A DNA stretch of 64,000 bases from an uncultured Thermoplasmata archaeon (lineage in GTDB: Archaea > Thermoplasmatota > Thermoplasmata > Halarchaeoplasmatales > Halarchaeoplasmataceae): the NCBI GenBank assembly GCA_964394465.1, contig CAYMXS010000006.1:5836-69835 (forward strand). Direction: 5' to 3'. Under the pieces are notes generated by a model that was given only the letters and a program-made list of their open reading frames with translations, searched no databases and was not told where the DNA came from. The position numbers and the translations under genes are program-made. This document shows, one piece after another, positions 49,720 to 60,028 of the stretch; the first letter of the stretch is position 1; every line of letters begins with the position of its first letter.

Positions 49720-52329
49720 ATGACCATACAATTCGTAGACGAAGAAGAAGCTATTGAAGACCTGCCAGAAGAGTACGAGCCCTACGTCAAGGAGTGGTTC
49801 CACGATACCTTCGAGGAGCTGACGCCTCCTCAAAGATACTCCTTCGAGCTGATACATGAAAATCGTAACTCACTCATCTCGTCTCCGACGGGTTCTGGTA
49901 AAACGATGTCCGCTTTCCTTTCCATACTGAACGAGCTGTTCCTCCTTGGAGATAAAGGTGAACTGGAGGATGAGATCTACGTGGTCTATGTCTCTCCTTT
50001 AAGAGCGTTGGGCAACGACATACAGAGGAACCTGAAGGAACCCCTGGAGGGCATAAAGGAGGAAGCCGAAGATATGGACGTCGAAGTACCCGAGGTGAGG
50101 AGCGCCGTCAGGACCGGAGATACTCCCTCGAACGAAAGGCAGAAGATGCTGGATGAGCCCCCTCACATCTTGGTTACCACACCGGAAACGCTTGGTATAA
50201 TACTGAACGCCCCCAAGTTCAAGGAGAAGCTCAGGAGTACGAAGTACGTCATAGTGGACGAGATACACTCCCTGTGTGACAGCAAGAGAGGGACTCACCT
50301 TTCACTGTCTTTAGAAAGGCTGCAGGACCTGTGCGATGAAGAGTTCACAAGGATCGGTCTTTCAGCCACTCAAGCCCCCATAGAGGACATAGCGGAGTTC
50401 CTGGTCGGGTATGAAGACGGAGAGACGAGAAGATGTAATATCGTGGACGTTTCGGGAGCCAAGGAGATGGACCTCTCGGTCATCACTCCAGTTGAGGACC
50501 TGATACACACCTCTGGCGGAGTTATAAACAAGAAGATGTACGACAAAATACACCAGATGGTGAAGGAACATGTAACGACCCTGATCTTCACGAACACGAG
50601 GTCCGCAACGGAAAGGGTGGTCAACAACCTGAAGGGGAAGGACCCCGAGCTTTACAGGAACAACATAGGGGCACATCATTCATCGATGAGCAGAAAGAAA
50701 AGGTTAGAGGTCGAAGAATCGCTCAAGAACGGGGAACTGAAGGTCGTCGTGACTTCTACCTCTCTGGAGCTGGGGATTGACATAGGTTACATCGATCTTG
50801 TACTTCAATTATCGTCTCCTAAGGGCGTTTCTAGAGCGATCCAGAGGATAGGCCGTTCCGGTCACAAGCTGCACGAGATGGCCAAGGGAAGAGTCCTGGT
50901 CATGGAGAGAGGCGACGCCTTGGAATGCACCGAGATGATGAGGTGCGCAAAGAACAACGAACTGGATAGGGTGCGCATACCTGAAAACTGCCTGGATGTC
51001 CTGGCGCAGCACATAGTCGGGATGGGATGCAGGAAGAGATGGAACGTTGAAAAGGCCTTTGAAACGATAAAAAGGAGCTACAATTTTAGAGAACTAGATA
51101 GGAAGGACTACGAGAAGACCTTGAAGTACGTGGCGGGGGACTACGCCTCTCTGGAGGATCAAAAAGTCTATGGGAAGATATGGATAGACGAGGACGAGAA
51201 CGGTGAGAGGGTCTTCGGTCAGAGGGGGAAGATGACCAGAGTGATATACATGACGAATATAGGTACCATACCGGACGAGAGCGCCTTCAGAGTCCATACA
51301 AGAGACGGCGCTTTCGTGGGCACTCTGGACGAGGAGTTCATGGACCGCCTTACAAAGGGAGATATATTCGTCCACGGCGGCGATACCTACGAGTTCAAGT
51401 ACGCCAAGGGGATGAAAGTATATGTTGATCCAAGGCCCAAAAGGTCGCCGACCGTACCTTCCTGGTACTCCGAGATGCTGCCGCTCTCATTCGACCTGGG
51501 CAGGAAGATAGGCAGGTTCAATTCTAAGGTTGTCAAAAAGATAAAGGAGGGTGAAGACCCGGAGGAGTGGATAGAAGAGAACTATTTCGTGGACGATAAC
51601 ACCGTATCCTCTATCATCTCGTATATAGACGAACAGCATAGGTTCGCGGGCGAGGTACCAACTGACTCGAAACTGCTGGTAGAGAAGAACTGGGAGGAGG
51701 ACAAACTGAACATCATATTCCATACCATCTACGGCAGGAGGGTCAACGACGCTCTGTGCAGGATACTGGCGCACACTTTATCCAAGATGATGGACGAGAA
51801 CGTCGGCATGGTGGTGGACGACCACGGGTTCGTTCTTGCGGCCCCTAAAAAAGACGTGGATATAGACAAACTGATGGAAAGGCTTTTGAAGTCAGACCTC
51901 AGAGACGTCCTGAAGAAAGCGGTGAGAAAGACCGAGTTGATGAAGAGAAGGTTCAGGCACGTGGCCTCTCGCGCTTTGATGATCCTCAGGAACTACAAGG
52001 GAAACAAGAAGAGCGTGGGGCGGCAGCAGATGAAATCTCATTTCCTTCTGTCAGCCTGTGAAAAGATAGACAAGGATTTTCCCATAGTGAAGGAGACGTA
52101 CCGTGAGATAATCGAAGATTATATGGACATAGAGCACGCTTCCGAGATAGTGAGAGGCTTGGAGAGGGGAGACATAAGTTATAAAGTGGTTGACACCGAG
52201 GTGCCTTCACCCTTCGCTCACAACCTGGTGATCCAGAGTCAGAGCGACGTGATGAAACTCGAGGATAAAAAGAAGAGGTTGAGAAAGCTCCACGACAAGG
52301 TCATGGAGAGCATCGACGAGGGAGACTGA
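49720..52329 (+). CDS. lhr: Lhr-family SF2 ATP-dependent helicase
   Basis: SPTGSGKT, SPLRAL, VDEIH, SAT, SLELGIDIG, QRIGRSGH. Confidence 0.95.
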   Translation: MTIQFVDEEEAIEDLPEEYEPYVKEWFHDTFEELTPPQRYSFELIHENRNSLISSPTGSGKTMSAFLSILNELFLLGDKGELEDEIYVVYVSPLRALGNDIQRNLKEPLEGIKEEAEDMDVEVPEVRSAVRTGDTPSNERQKMLDEPPHILVTTPETLGIILNAPKFKEKLRSTKYVIVDEIHSLCDSKRGTHLSLSLERLQDLCDEEFTRIGLSATQAPIEDIAEFLVGYEDGETRRCNIVDVSGAKEMDLSVITPVEDLIHTSGGVINKKMYDKIHQMVKEHVTTLIFTNTRSATERVVNNLKGKDPELYRNNIGAHHSSMSRKKRLEVEESLKNGELKVVVTSTSLELGIDIGYIDLVLQLSSPKGVSRAIQRIGRSGHKLHEMAKGRVLVMERGDALECTEMMRCAKNNELDRVRIPENCLDVLAQHIVGMGCRKRWNVEKAFETIKRSYNFRELDRKDYEKTLKYVAGDYASLEDQKVYGKIWIDEDENGERVFGQRGKMTRVIYMTNIGTIPDESAFRVHTRDGAFVGTLDEEFMDRLTKGDIFVHGGDTYEFKYAKGMKVYVDPRPKRSPTVPSWYSEMLPLSFDLGRKIGRFNSKVVKKIKEGEDPEEWIEENYFVDDNTVSSIISYIDEQHRFAGEVPTDSKLLVEKNWEEDKLNIIFHTIYGRRVNDALCRILAHTLSKMMDENVGMVVDDHGFVLAAPKKDVDIDKLMERLLKSDLRDVLKKAVRKTELMKRRFRHVASRALMILRNYKGNKKSVGRQQMKSHFLLSACEKIDKDFPIVKETYREIIEDYMDIEHASEIVRGLERGDISYKVVDTEVPSPFAHNLVIQSQSDVMKLEDKKKRLRKLHDKVMESIDEGD

Positions 52330-53081
52330 TGAAGTTATACGATAGGTTCGAGATCATAGAGAACTATCCCGCCCTTTACATGAAAGAGAAAAACATGCTG
52401 GTCATAGCCGATCTTCACCTGGGTCTGGAATCCCTGATGGCGGACTCCGGCATGCTCATGCCCAAGGTCCAGCTCTCTCAGCTTAAAGAGGATCTGAATT
52501 CTATAGCCGGAGAAAGAGATATAGAGAAGCTGGTGGTCTGCGGAGATATAAAGCACGAGTTTTCCGAAGCGTCGTACGGGGAAAAGAAGGAAGTCAGAGA
52601 ACTGATCCGCTTTCTGGAGGAGTTCGTTAGAGAAATATACCTGGTCAAGGGCAACCATGACAATTTTCTCATCTACGCGGTGGAGGAGTACGAACACGTC
52701 CAGTTAAAAGACTGCTTCGTCTTCGACGATGTATGCTTTGCACACGGCCACGAGATACTGGACAGGATGAACGGCCTGGACATAGAATACCTGGTGATCG
52801 GTCATGAACATCCTGCCTTGACTCTGAGGGACGATGTGGGAGTTAGGGAGAAACTGCAGTGTTTCCTGTACGGCGAGATGAAGAACGACGCCAAGCTGGT
52901 GGTCTTACCGGCATTTTCCGAACTGGCGGAGGGTTCACAGGTGAACCAGATAGAAGAAGAGGACCTGCTCTCCCCTGTACTCAAAGAGATGATAGATATA
53001 GAAGAGATGAAAGCCGTGGGTATAGACAGGGAAGCCGGCCTGTTCGAATTTCCAAGGCTTGAAGAGATCAAGCACGTTTGA
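52329..53081 (+). CDS. Lhr-associated metallophosphoesterase
   Basis: ADLHLG, GDIKH, KGNHD, HGH, GHEHP, LPAFS. Confidence 0.92.
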   Translation: MKLYDRFEIIENYPALYMKEKNMLVIADLHLGLESLMADSGMLMPKVQLSQLKEDLNSIAGERDIEKLVVCGDIKHEFSEASYGEKKEVRELIRFLEEFVREIYLVKGNHDNFLIYAVEEYEHVQLKDCFVFDDVCFAHGHEILDRMNGLDIEYLVIGHEHPALTLRDDVGVREKLQCFLYGEMKNDAKLVVLPAFSELAEGSQVNQIEEEDLLSPVLKEMIDIEEMKAVGIDREAGLFEFPRLEEIKHV

Positions 53082-53153
53082 AGTTATTTAGAAAGCGAAA
53101 TATTTTTGTAACTTCTATACAATAAATGTATGTTTAGAGGTGGAGTTGGCTAG

Positions 53154-56100
53154 ATGACGGTGAGTCAAAAAGTGATGGCTATCGGACTAGCGGCTGTTTT
53201 CCTTATCGGTTCACTGTCAGGAGCAGGTAAGTATCTTAGAACGCAAGAAGCAGAATGTGTGGATAAGGTCGATATAGATGTCACAACCAGCAGAGATACA
53301 GCCATCCAGAAAGTAGCGGATGGGGAGAAGGATATACTCCTCCAGAGTTTAGGGATGAAAAATTATGCTGATGTATCCGACGATCTCAAAGACAAATTGG
53401 GGTTATGGACTGGTAGTGGAGAATATTATAACTTGCTACTCAACCCAGCGCACGAACCAGATGCATCTACGCCGGACGGTGAAAGCTGGAAATACGTCTG
53501 TCAGGACGATGAAGACGGCAATAAAATGTTCAATCCCTTCGCAGTTAAAAAATTCCGTTACGCCATGAACTTTCTGGTAAACAGGAAGAAAATAGGTAGT
53601 GATATTTTTGAAGGCTATGCGGAACCACGTTATTTTCCTGTAAAAACCGGAACTGGACCTTATGAAGACTATTTCGAAGCGATAAAAGAGGAACACGGGA
53701 TAACCAGCACGGGTAACCTCCAAAAAGCGAAAGAAATGATCTATAACGTCTTGGAAAAAGCGAATGATGACATGGTTGAAGGAGATATAAGGTCTCCAAA
53801 AGACCATCACGGGGACTACTGGCAGTACAAGCCTCCGGGGAAGGCATGGAAAAATATGACAGTTCAAGGAGTCTTTGGGAATGATTTCACAGAAAAAAAG
53901 ATGGAACAATACGTTGAAAATCTGTTAGAAGATGAAATAGGAATAAAGGTGATACCCAATCCGTTTGACACAACGATGGGACCTCCTAATGTATACTCCG
54001 GAGAATATGACGATCCCCTTGATGATTATGGGTGGAGCTATTATATAGAGGGATGGCATCCCTATGGAAATACCTACTATCCAGGTGGTAGGGCTGTCGA
54101 GAGATACTGCCCTTCTCCATCCTATGGAGCCATGCCTAATCTTGTAGAAGGAGAAACACATTACCAATATGAGAACGAAACGTTGGTCAGGCTGGGAAAG
54201 TCCCTCTATAACGGCAAGATAAACACAGTCGACGAGTACTGGAACAAGCTAACCAGACTCGTGGAAGCTGGGTTGGACGAGTCGATCAGAGTCTTCCTTA
54301 GTACTGAGAAGGAATATTATGTGTACAACGATGACAAAGTAATGGGTGCGGCAACGGACGTAGTTACTGGCTGGTCTGACGTGTTCGGGCCGAGAACGAT
54401 CCGGACAAACGATGGAAACCTATCGGCAACGGTCTTTGATATCGATCTTTCCGAGTACCGTTGGAACTATATTGGTGGTTCTGAAGAGGGATTCAGTGAC
54501 CGTATCCGAAAGATGGTTCGTGGAGTCGCTGGAGCTACTCATCCTCAAACAGGAAAACCAATGGGAGTACGAGAAAGTTGGACCGTAACAAAGGATTACA
54601 CATGGGAAGAGGACGGAAATCTGACAAAGAAAATAGAGGTCCCATCTAGCGCCGTGGTCTATAAAGCGAACCAAACTGATAAACGATGGGAGCAAGTCGG
54701 CACAGGTAAGAAATCCGCGGTGAAAGTCACTTATGACGTGGATCTGGGCAGATGGCACGACGGCCATGAGATGACCGTTCGGGATATCATGGCTTATTAC
54801 GCTTTCAGTAAGGACATGTGCTACGACCTCGGCGAAGAAGGGGATTATTATAACCAGCTATATGCTTGGCAACGAAAGGCATTCTACGATGATATCGTCG
54901 CTACCAGATGGAACCAGGAAGAAAATACATTTACGATCTGGGGAGACTATACCTTCCCGGCAAAAAGTAAGATAGGTGAGTATTTCACCGTATGGCCCAT
55001 CCAACCGTATCAAATATACGAGGCGACAGAGCAGCTGGTCATAGAGAGCGACCTTGTACCCGAGGGAAGCGAGCCCTATGCTTGGGATAATTATGGCGAA
55101 GGTAACTTGGTCCACTACCTGAGCGAGTCGCAGGGGTCGGACATAAAAACCGTCCTCCAGAACATGAAATCGGCGGATTGGATGCCTCCGTACTTGAAAA
55201 AGGAGAACAATGCACCGATCAATATCTCCCAGGCAGAATTCGAGAGTCAAATAGACGATATAATCGGGTTCTATGATGAATACCACCATCTCTACGATTC
55301 GAACGGTCCATTCAAGATCACCGATTACAACTCGACTACGCACGAGATGAGCATGAAAAGAGCCAGTGGATATCCATATCCTATGGATCACTGGGAGGAG
55401 AAGTTGTCCATAGAGAAGTTCACTTTCTCTACAGATATACAGACATCCGATGAGATAGTAAGAGGAGATGATCTAACAGTCGAGGTCGGGGCTTTGATAG
55501 ATGCCGACTATCCAATAGACGAGGATAGAGACTTGCCCCCGGGTACTGAAGCAAACATCACCCTGAGCAACATGGTGACGAGTGAGAAGGCGAAAAGAGT
55601 GACCGAGCCAACGATAGGAAACCGGTCTATCTCTACAGTGATCGAGACGGAAGACATGGTCCCGGGAACGTATCGATTGACTATAGAGGCAAAGACACCT
55701 GGCGGTTGGACCCGAAGTATCGAGAAAACTGTAAAGCTCTTAGAACCAGATAAATTTCTGGTTAAAAGTCTCACCGTCGATGGAGATAATGAACAGACAC
55801 AGGTAAACCAATTCGTCAATACTACGATCAAAACTAGAGTGCTAAATACATATAAGAGTGATCAAACAGCGAAGTTGGAAGTCGACGGTTCTACGATAAA
55901 AGAAAAGACAGTGAAAGCCGGAGAGACCGAGAACTTTTCTGCTACATATCGTTTCACCACCACGGGCGAGCATACCGTAAAGGTAGGTAACAGGTCCGTT
56001 GTCGTATCAGTGGTCAAAGGAGGTCTCGATATCACCGGTCTCCACCTTGAAAACGAGAAGATAGAGAAAGGTAGATCGGTATCCATCTCGGCGAACATCG

Positions 56101-56408
56101 AAAACGGTCGGTCTTCGCCAGTGAAAGTGAAGGTGCTGATAAAGGATGAGACCGGAGAAGTCGTAGACAGCAAGCTCTTTACGGTCGATGCGGGAGATAC
56201 TACCAGTATATCCTGGAGCAGAACTTTCAAAGAGGAAGGCGAATACACGGTCGAGCTAGGTGATCAATCACAGAGTCTAGAAGTCAAAGAGGATATTGAT
56301 AGGGAAGAAGAGCCGGACGAAGATTGGATGCTGATGCTCGGCTTGACCGCGGTGATGGGTGTTATCATCGCCATCGTGTTTTCGTGGGTATATAGAGAAG
56401 AAAGATAG
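53154..56408 (+). CDS. Family-5-like (oligopeptide-type) solute-binding protein with CARDB/Ig domains and a C-terminal TM
   Basis: FNPFAVKKFRYAMNFLVNR, WHDGHEMTVRDI, SNGPF. Confidence 0.85.
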   Translation: MTVSQKVMAIGLAAVFLIGSLSGAGKYLRTQEAECVDKVDIDVTTSRDTAIQKVADGEKDILLQSLGMKNYADVSDDLKDKLGLWTGSGEYYNLLLNPAHEPDASTPDGESWKYVCQDDEDGNKMFNPFAVKKFRYAMNFLVNRKKIGSDIFEGYAEPRYFPVKTGTGPYEDYFEAIKEEHGITSTGNLQKAKEMIYNVLEKANDDMVEGDIRSPKDHHGDYWQYKPPGKAWKNMTVQGVFGNDFTEKKMEQYVENLLEDEIGIKVIPNPFDTTMGPPNVYSGEYDDPLDDYGWSYYIEGWHPYGNTYYPGGRAVERYCPSPSYGAMPNLVEGETHYQYENETLVRLGKSLYNGKINTVDEYWNKLTRLVEAGLDESIRVFLSTEKEYYVYNDDKVMGAATDVVTGWSDVFGPRTIRTNDGNLSATVFDIDLSEYRWNYIGGSEEGFSDRIRKMVRGVAGATHPQTGKPMGVRESWTVTKDYTWEEDGNLTKKIEVPSSAVVYKANQTDKRWEQVGTGKKSAVKVTYDVDLGRWHDGHEMTVRDIMAYYAFSKDMCYDLGEEGDYYNQLYAWQRKAFYDDIVATRWNQEENTFTIWGDYTFPAKSKIGEYFTVWPIQPYQIYEATEQLVIESDLVPEGSEPYAWDNYGEGNLVHYLSESQGSDIKTVLQNMKSADWMPPYLKKENNAPINISQAEFESQIDDIIGFYDEYHHLYDSNGPFKITDYNSTTHEMSMKRASGYPYPMDHWEEKLSIEKFTFSTDIQTSDEIVRGDDLTVEVGALIDADYPIDEDRDLPPGTEANITLSNMVTSEKAKRVTEPTIGNRSISTVIETEDMVPGTYRLTIEAKTPGGWTRSIEKTVKLLEPDKFLVKSLTVDGDNEQTQVNQFVNTTIKTRVLNTYKSDQTAKLEVDGSTIKEKTVKAGETENFSATYRFTTTGEHTVKVGNRSVVVSVVKGGLDITGLHLENEKIEKGRSVSISANIENGRSSPVKVKVLIKDETGEVVDSKLFTVDAGDTTSISWSRTFKEEGEYTVELGDQSQSLEVKEDIDREEEPDEDWMLMLGLTAVMGVIIAIVFSWVYREER

Positions 56409-56430
56409 AGGATTTGAGAGGGTTGAAACT

Positions 56431-56609
56431 ATGATGAAAAATTGTCAGCTCTGGTGGTTATCGCACTGCTGGTCTTAAGCGGGTTGATGATAGGCGTAGG
56501 TATATCTTATGGAACTCAAGAAGGAAGATGCCAGGAGAAGAGCGAAGCGAATTCCACGAAAAAGTTGGGAGTGCGCGCTTCTTATTTAAAATATAAATAC
56601 TATTGGTAA
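56431..56609 (+). pseudogene. Frameshifted N-terminal remnant of a secreted protein, possibly a solute-binding protein paralog
   Basis: ATGATGAAAAA is out of frame with LSALVVIALLVLSGLMIGVGISYGTQEGRC. Confidence 0.45.
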
Positions 56610-56621
56610 CAATACATTACC

Positions 56622-57302
56622 ATGGTAACGAAAAATAACCGAGATGAAGGCATGAACATCTCTTTATCCATCCCTATCTCCGAACCAAAACTGTTCCGAC
56701 ACGAGACAACCGATAGGATACTCCACATCCTCTCGGATAATCCCTACACGGAATACACGCTCCGAGGGCTCGCTCGACTCACTGGATTCAGCCATCCAGC
56801 GATAAAAAAAGCGGTGGATGTACTGGAAAAGAACGATCTCGTAAAGGTAGAAGCGGAGGGGAACAGCAAAAATGTTTCTATCAACCGTTCACGGCTGACT
56901 AAGCCCGATGATAGGGTCCTGCAGATACCTCAAAAAGAATTCCATGAACCGGTGAAGAAGGCAGTCGATCGATTGAAAAAAGAGCTGGTCGATATACTAG
57001 GAATCCTCTGCTTCGGCAGCGTAGCTAGAGGTCAGGCCGATCGCCAGAGCGATATCGATCTATGGGTTTTGGTTCGATCCGACAAAGGAACGAACCAGAG
57101 AAAGGCGAATGAAATAGCCAAGGATCTAGGCAAAACAAGGTTCGACGGAGACAGGTACGAATTTCAGATCTTAGTCGAGTCCTCACGCTCCGCAGCGGGC
57201 TACGACGAGAGACTTCAGAAGGTCCTCTCATCCAGCATAACCCTATACGAGACAGAGACACTCCAGCGCTTTAAACAGGAGGTGGATTTCGATGACAGAT
57301 GA
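56622..57302 (+). CDS. wHTH plus minimal nucleotidyltransferase (MNT antitoxin-like)
   Basis: HTH LRGLARLTGFSHPAIKKAVDVLE; FGSVARG..SDIDL. Confidence 0.88.
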   Translation: MVTKNNRDEGMNISLSIPISEPKLFRHETTDRILHILSDNPYTEYTLRGLARLTGFSHPAIKKAVDVLEKNDLVKVEAEGNSKNVSINRSRLTKPDDRVLQIPQKEFHEPVKKAVDRLKKELVDILGILCFGSVARGQADRQSDIDLWVLVRSDKGTNQRKANEIAKDLGKTRFDGDRYEFQILVESSRSAAGYDERLQKVLSSSITLYETETLQRFKQEVDFDDR

Positions 57303-57798
57303 CCCAAAAGCTGTGAACGAGGCATTACAAGAAAACGAAGAGGCCTTCTCTCACTACTATCAAGACTCGCAACTCGAAGAGGGATTAGATCCACATGACC
57401 AAATTAAAACACAACACCATAAAGCATGTCGATTGATAGAGGCGTGTCATACCCTTAGGAAAAACGACGGATACTATACCAGTGTCATGGAGATGTCTTT
57501 TGCGGCTATAGAACGCTCGTTGGAATGGTACGTGCTCGCTCAATCTAATGATGAAGTCAGCGACTTTCAAACGCATAGATATGCTTATGATAGAGCGGCG
57601 GAACTGGGATTGTTTTCTCAATCTCTCTGCGATGACCTGTTTCAATCATACAAAAATAATCGCTCAGCAGCATATTACAGAGATACGGTAGCTACGAAAG
57701 AACAGGCCGATAAACTCTTCCACTTAGCAAAAACTCTTCACGAGTTTATATCTAATCACTTACAGACTTCTCATGAGTGTATCTGTAGGTCCGGATGA
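57292..57798 (+). CDS. HEPN-like protein (MNT partner)
   Basis: Overlaps the MNT gene; helical; YYTSVMEMSFAAIERS and NNRSAAYY. Confidence 0.7.
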   Translation: MTDDPKAVNEALQENEEAFSHYYQDSQLEEGLDPHDQIKTQHHKACRLIEACHTLRKNDGYYTSVMEMSFAAIERSLEWYVLAQSNDEVSDFQTHRYAYDRAAELGLFSQSLCDDLFQSYKNNRSAAYYRDTVATKEQADKLFHLAKTLHEFISNHLQTSHECICRSG

Positions 57799-57856
57799 TC
57801 TTCACCGTGAAAACTTCGTCCAGTGACCGAGCCTATTGAAAAGAAGAGATAGATGT

Positions 57857-58171
57857 CTAGAACCATCCTGCCTTAGCCATCGCCTCTTTGGCTATCTTGC
57901 CGCTCGGGCCGTCGCCTCTAGCTACCGTCACGCCGACGTCTTCTCCGACTACCTGAGATATCTCCGCTACGTCTTCGTGAGTGAAGCCGGGGCACAACAG
58001 GATGGACTGCACGCCCTCTTCCTCCACATGATCCTTACACACTTCCAAGGCCTCTTCCTGATCGCTGACCAGGCACGTATATAACTTGTACTTCTCCGTC
58101 TCTATCACGTTCCTATGTTCTTCCGGATCGGCATCCGGCGTGTGAGCCACGAATAAAGATCTGAACTTCAT
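57857..58171 (-). CDS. DUF6506-like small protein
   Basis: PDADPEEHR, ILLCPGF, VARGDGP. Confidence 0.7.
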   Translation of the reverse strand: MKFRSLFVAHTPDADPEEHRNVIETEKYKLYTCLVSDQEEALEVCKDHVEEEGVQSILLCPGFTHEDVAEISQVVGEDVGVTVARGDGPSGKIAKEAMAKAGWF

Positions 58172-58183
58172 ATCTATCACGTT

Positions 58184-58741
58184 TCAATCTCGCTTTATCT
58201 TTTCTATCTCTTTCCCGACTGAGAACTCCTCGCCCTTTACATGGCAGACCGAGCCCAGTTCCTCTAGATTCAAACGGTCGTTTTCAACGGCTTTCTCGTC
58301 CGCCGAGATATGCACGACCTTTCCGACGAGCAGAAGATGATCCTCTCCAGAATACTCGTCCCAGTACTCGCACTCCATGTTCACCGGGGCCTCGTCCACG
58401 CAGGGCGGTTTCACCTTCTTGGACTCCCTCTCGTTGAGACCTACCTGCTCGAATTCGCTCCTATCTCTAGGAAGAGATATCTCGGTTTCGATACCCCTCT
58501 TCATCCATTTCTCCGTCAGAGGCGCCACAACGAACTCTTTTGTTTCCCTAGCGTTCAAAAGAGTGTCCTTCTTTTTTCCAACGGATATCGCTATCAACGG
58601 TGGCTCGAAAGAAACGGGCGTTACGAAACTGTAGGGGGCTAGATTTGCATCTCCTTCCTCATCTATAGTCGAAACACAGACCGTAGGTCTGGGCGCTATA
58701 AAACCGTAATAATCCTTAGGTGATATGCTCTTCGTGGGCAT
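58184..58741 (-). CDS. Flavin reductase-like FMN-binding protein
   Basis: [25 protein letters not shown]. Confidence 0.9.
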   Translation of the reverse strand: MPTKSISPKDYYGFIAPRPTVCVSTIDEEGDANLAPYSFVTPVSFEPPLIAISVGKKKDTLLNARETKEFVVAPLTEKWMKRGIETEISLPRDRSEFEQVGLNERESKKVKPPCVDEAPVNMECEYWDEYSGEDHLLLVGKVVHISADEKAVENDRLNLEELGSVCHVKGEEFSVGKEIEKIKRD

Positions 58742-58795
58742 GGTGTTCTCCTCCCTTGTTAAGAGGTTCACTCCGTACTTATCTCTTTTCATATC

Positions 58796-59338
58796 TCACT
58801 CGGAAGCACTCCACACCCCAGTGTTCTGCTCCCGAGCTTCAATCTCATAGTCCATGTAATCGGATTCGCGTTCGAAATCACCTTTTTCATACACCCTGGC
58901 CCAGCCGTGCTTGATCAGCTCCGCTCCCAGGTCCGTGCCGTTGCCTAACTCTATGTAAGCCAGAGTGCGGCCGTAGTAGCCCTCCTTCCCGGCCTCTTCA
59001 TCGTAAACTAACGTTACCTCGTTCCCTATCCATCTCTTCGTAAAATTGGTCGCCCGATGACCGCATCGCCTCAGCCACTCCTCGCTGTATATGCCCTCCC
59101 ATTCTGAAGGTGCTACTTCGACATGGACCTCCGGCGTGTCTATCCCCAAGATGCGGACCTCTTTTATCTCGCCGTCGTCCTTTTCAACTTCTATCGTGTC
59201 TCCGTCCGTGACCTCGTGTACTTTCACCTTCTCGTCACTGTATTTGTCGTCACCCATCGGAAGATCGGTGCATCCCGAGTGGAAGAGAGTGAGCACGAGC
59301 AGCACGGATACCAGAAACACGAGGGTCTTCTTGCGCAA
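58796..59338 (-). CDS. Thermonuclease (SNase-like), probable lipoprotein
   Basis: DGDTI, VRILGIDTPE, YGRTLAYI; signal peptide ending HSGC. Confidence 0.92.
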   Translation of the reverse strand: MRKKTLVFLVSVLLVLTLFHSGCTDLPMGDDKYSDEKVKVHEVTDGDTIEVEKDDGEIKEVRILGIDTPEVHVEVAPSEWEGIYSEEWLRRCGHRATNFTKRWIGNEVTLVYDEEAGKEGYYGRTLAYIELGNGTDLGAELIKHGWARVYEKGDFERESDYMDYEIEAREQNTGVWSASE

Positions 59339-59445
59339 CTAGATGCCTCCTGACGCCACTACAATAAAGGCATACAATCTAAATCTATCGGTCATGGAGG
59401 CAAAGCAAGGCGTAAATAAGTAAAGGAAGATGTCTATTCGAAAAC

Positions 59446-60024
59446 ATGAAAAATATAGCGGAGTACCTCTTCGAGGTCGGCGAGTTGAAAAAGGTAAAGA
59501 GGTCTGGATGGTGGTATGCCGGTGTGAAGGACCCGGAGAGCGTGGCGGATCATTCCTTCAGAGCAGCCATAATAGGTTACGTTCTAGCCAGTTTGGAGAA
59601 CGCCGATGAAGAGAGGACGGCCTGCCTCTGTCTATTCCACGATGTGCCGGAGGCCAGGATGTTGGATCTGAACAAGATAGCCCAGAGGTATATATCTACA
59701 GAAAAAGAGGAGGAAGAGATCTCTAGGGACCAAGTAAAGGACCTCCCAGAAGAGTTATCTAGTGACCTTAGAGGATTTTTAGAGGAATTCAACGGAGGAG
59801 ATTCAAAAGAGGGAGAACTTGCTAGGGACGCTGACCTTTTGGAATGCCTTCTCCAGGCTAAAGAGTACAAGAGGAACGGACATGAATTAGCAGAAGAATG
59901 GATAAAGAACTGCTACGATTCTTTAGAGAGCCAAGGCGGGATAGAACTGGCGGAACGATGTATGGAGATGGAACCCGAGGAATGGTGGGAAGGCCTGAAG
60001 GAAGAGATAATGAAAGAGGAGTGA
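59446..60024 (+). CDS. HD-domain phosphohydrolase (YfbR/HDDC2-like)
   Basis: RSGW, ESVADHS, FHDVPE, DADLLE. Confidence 0.9.
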   Translation: MKNIAEYLFEVGELKKVKRSGWWYAGVKDPESVADHSFRAAIIGYVLASLENADEERTACLCLFHDVPEARMLDLNKIAQRYISTEKEEEEISRDQVKDLPEELSSDLRGFLEEFNGGDSKEGELARDADLLECLLQAKEYKRNGHELAEEWIKNCYDSLESQGGIELAERCMEMEPEEWWEGLKEEIMKEE

Positions 60025-60028
60025 TAAT

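Noticed and set aside
49720..53081. Lhr plus phosphoesterase as a novel defence system
   Set aside because: Well-known conserved archaeal gene pair.
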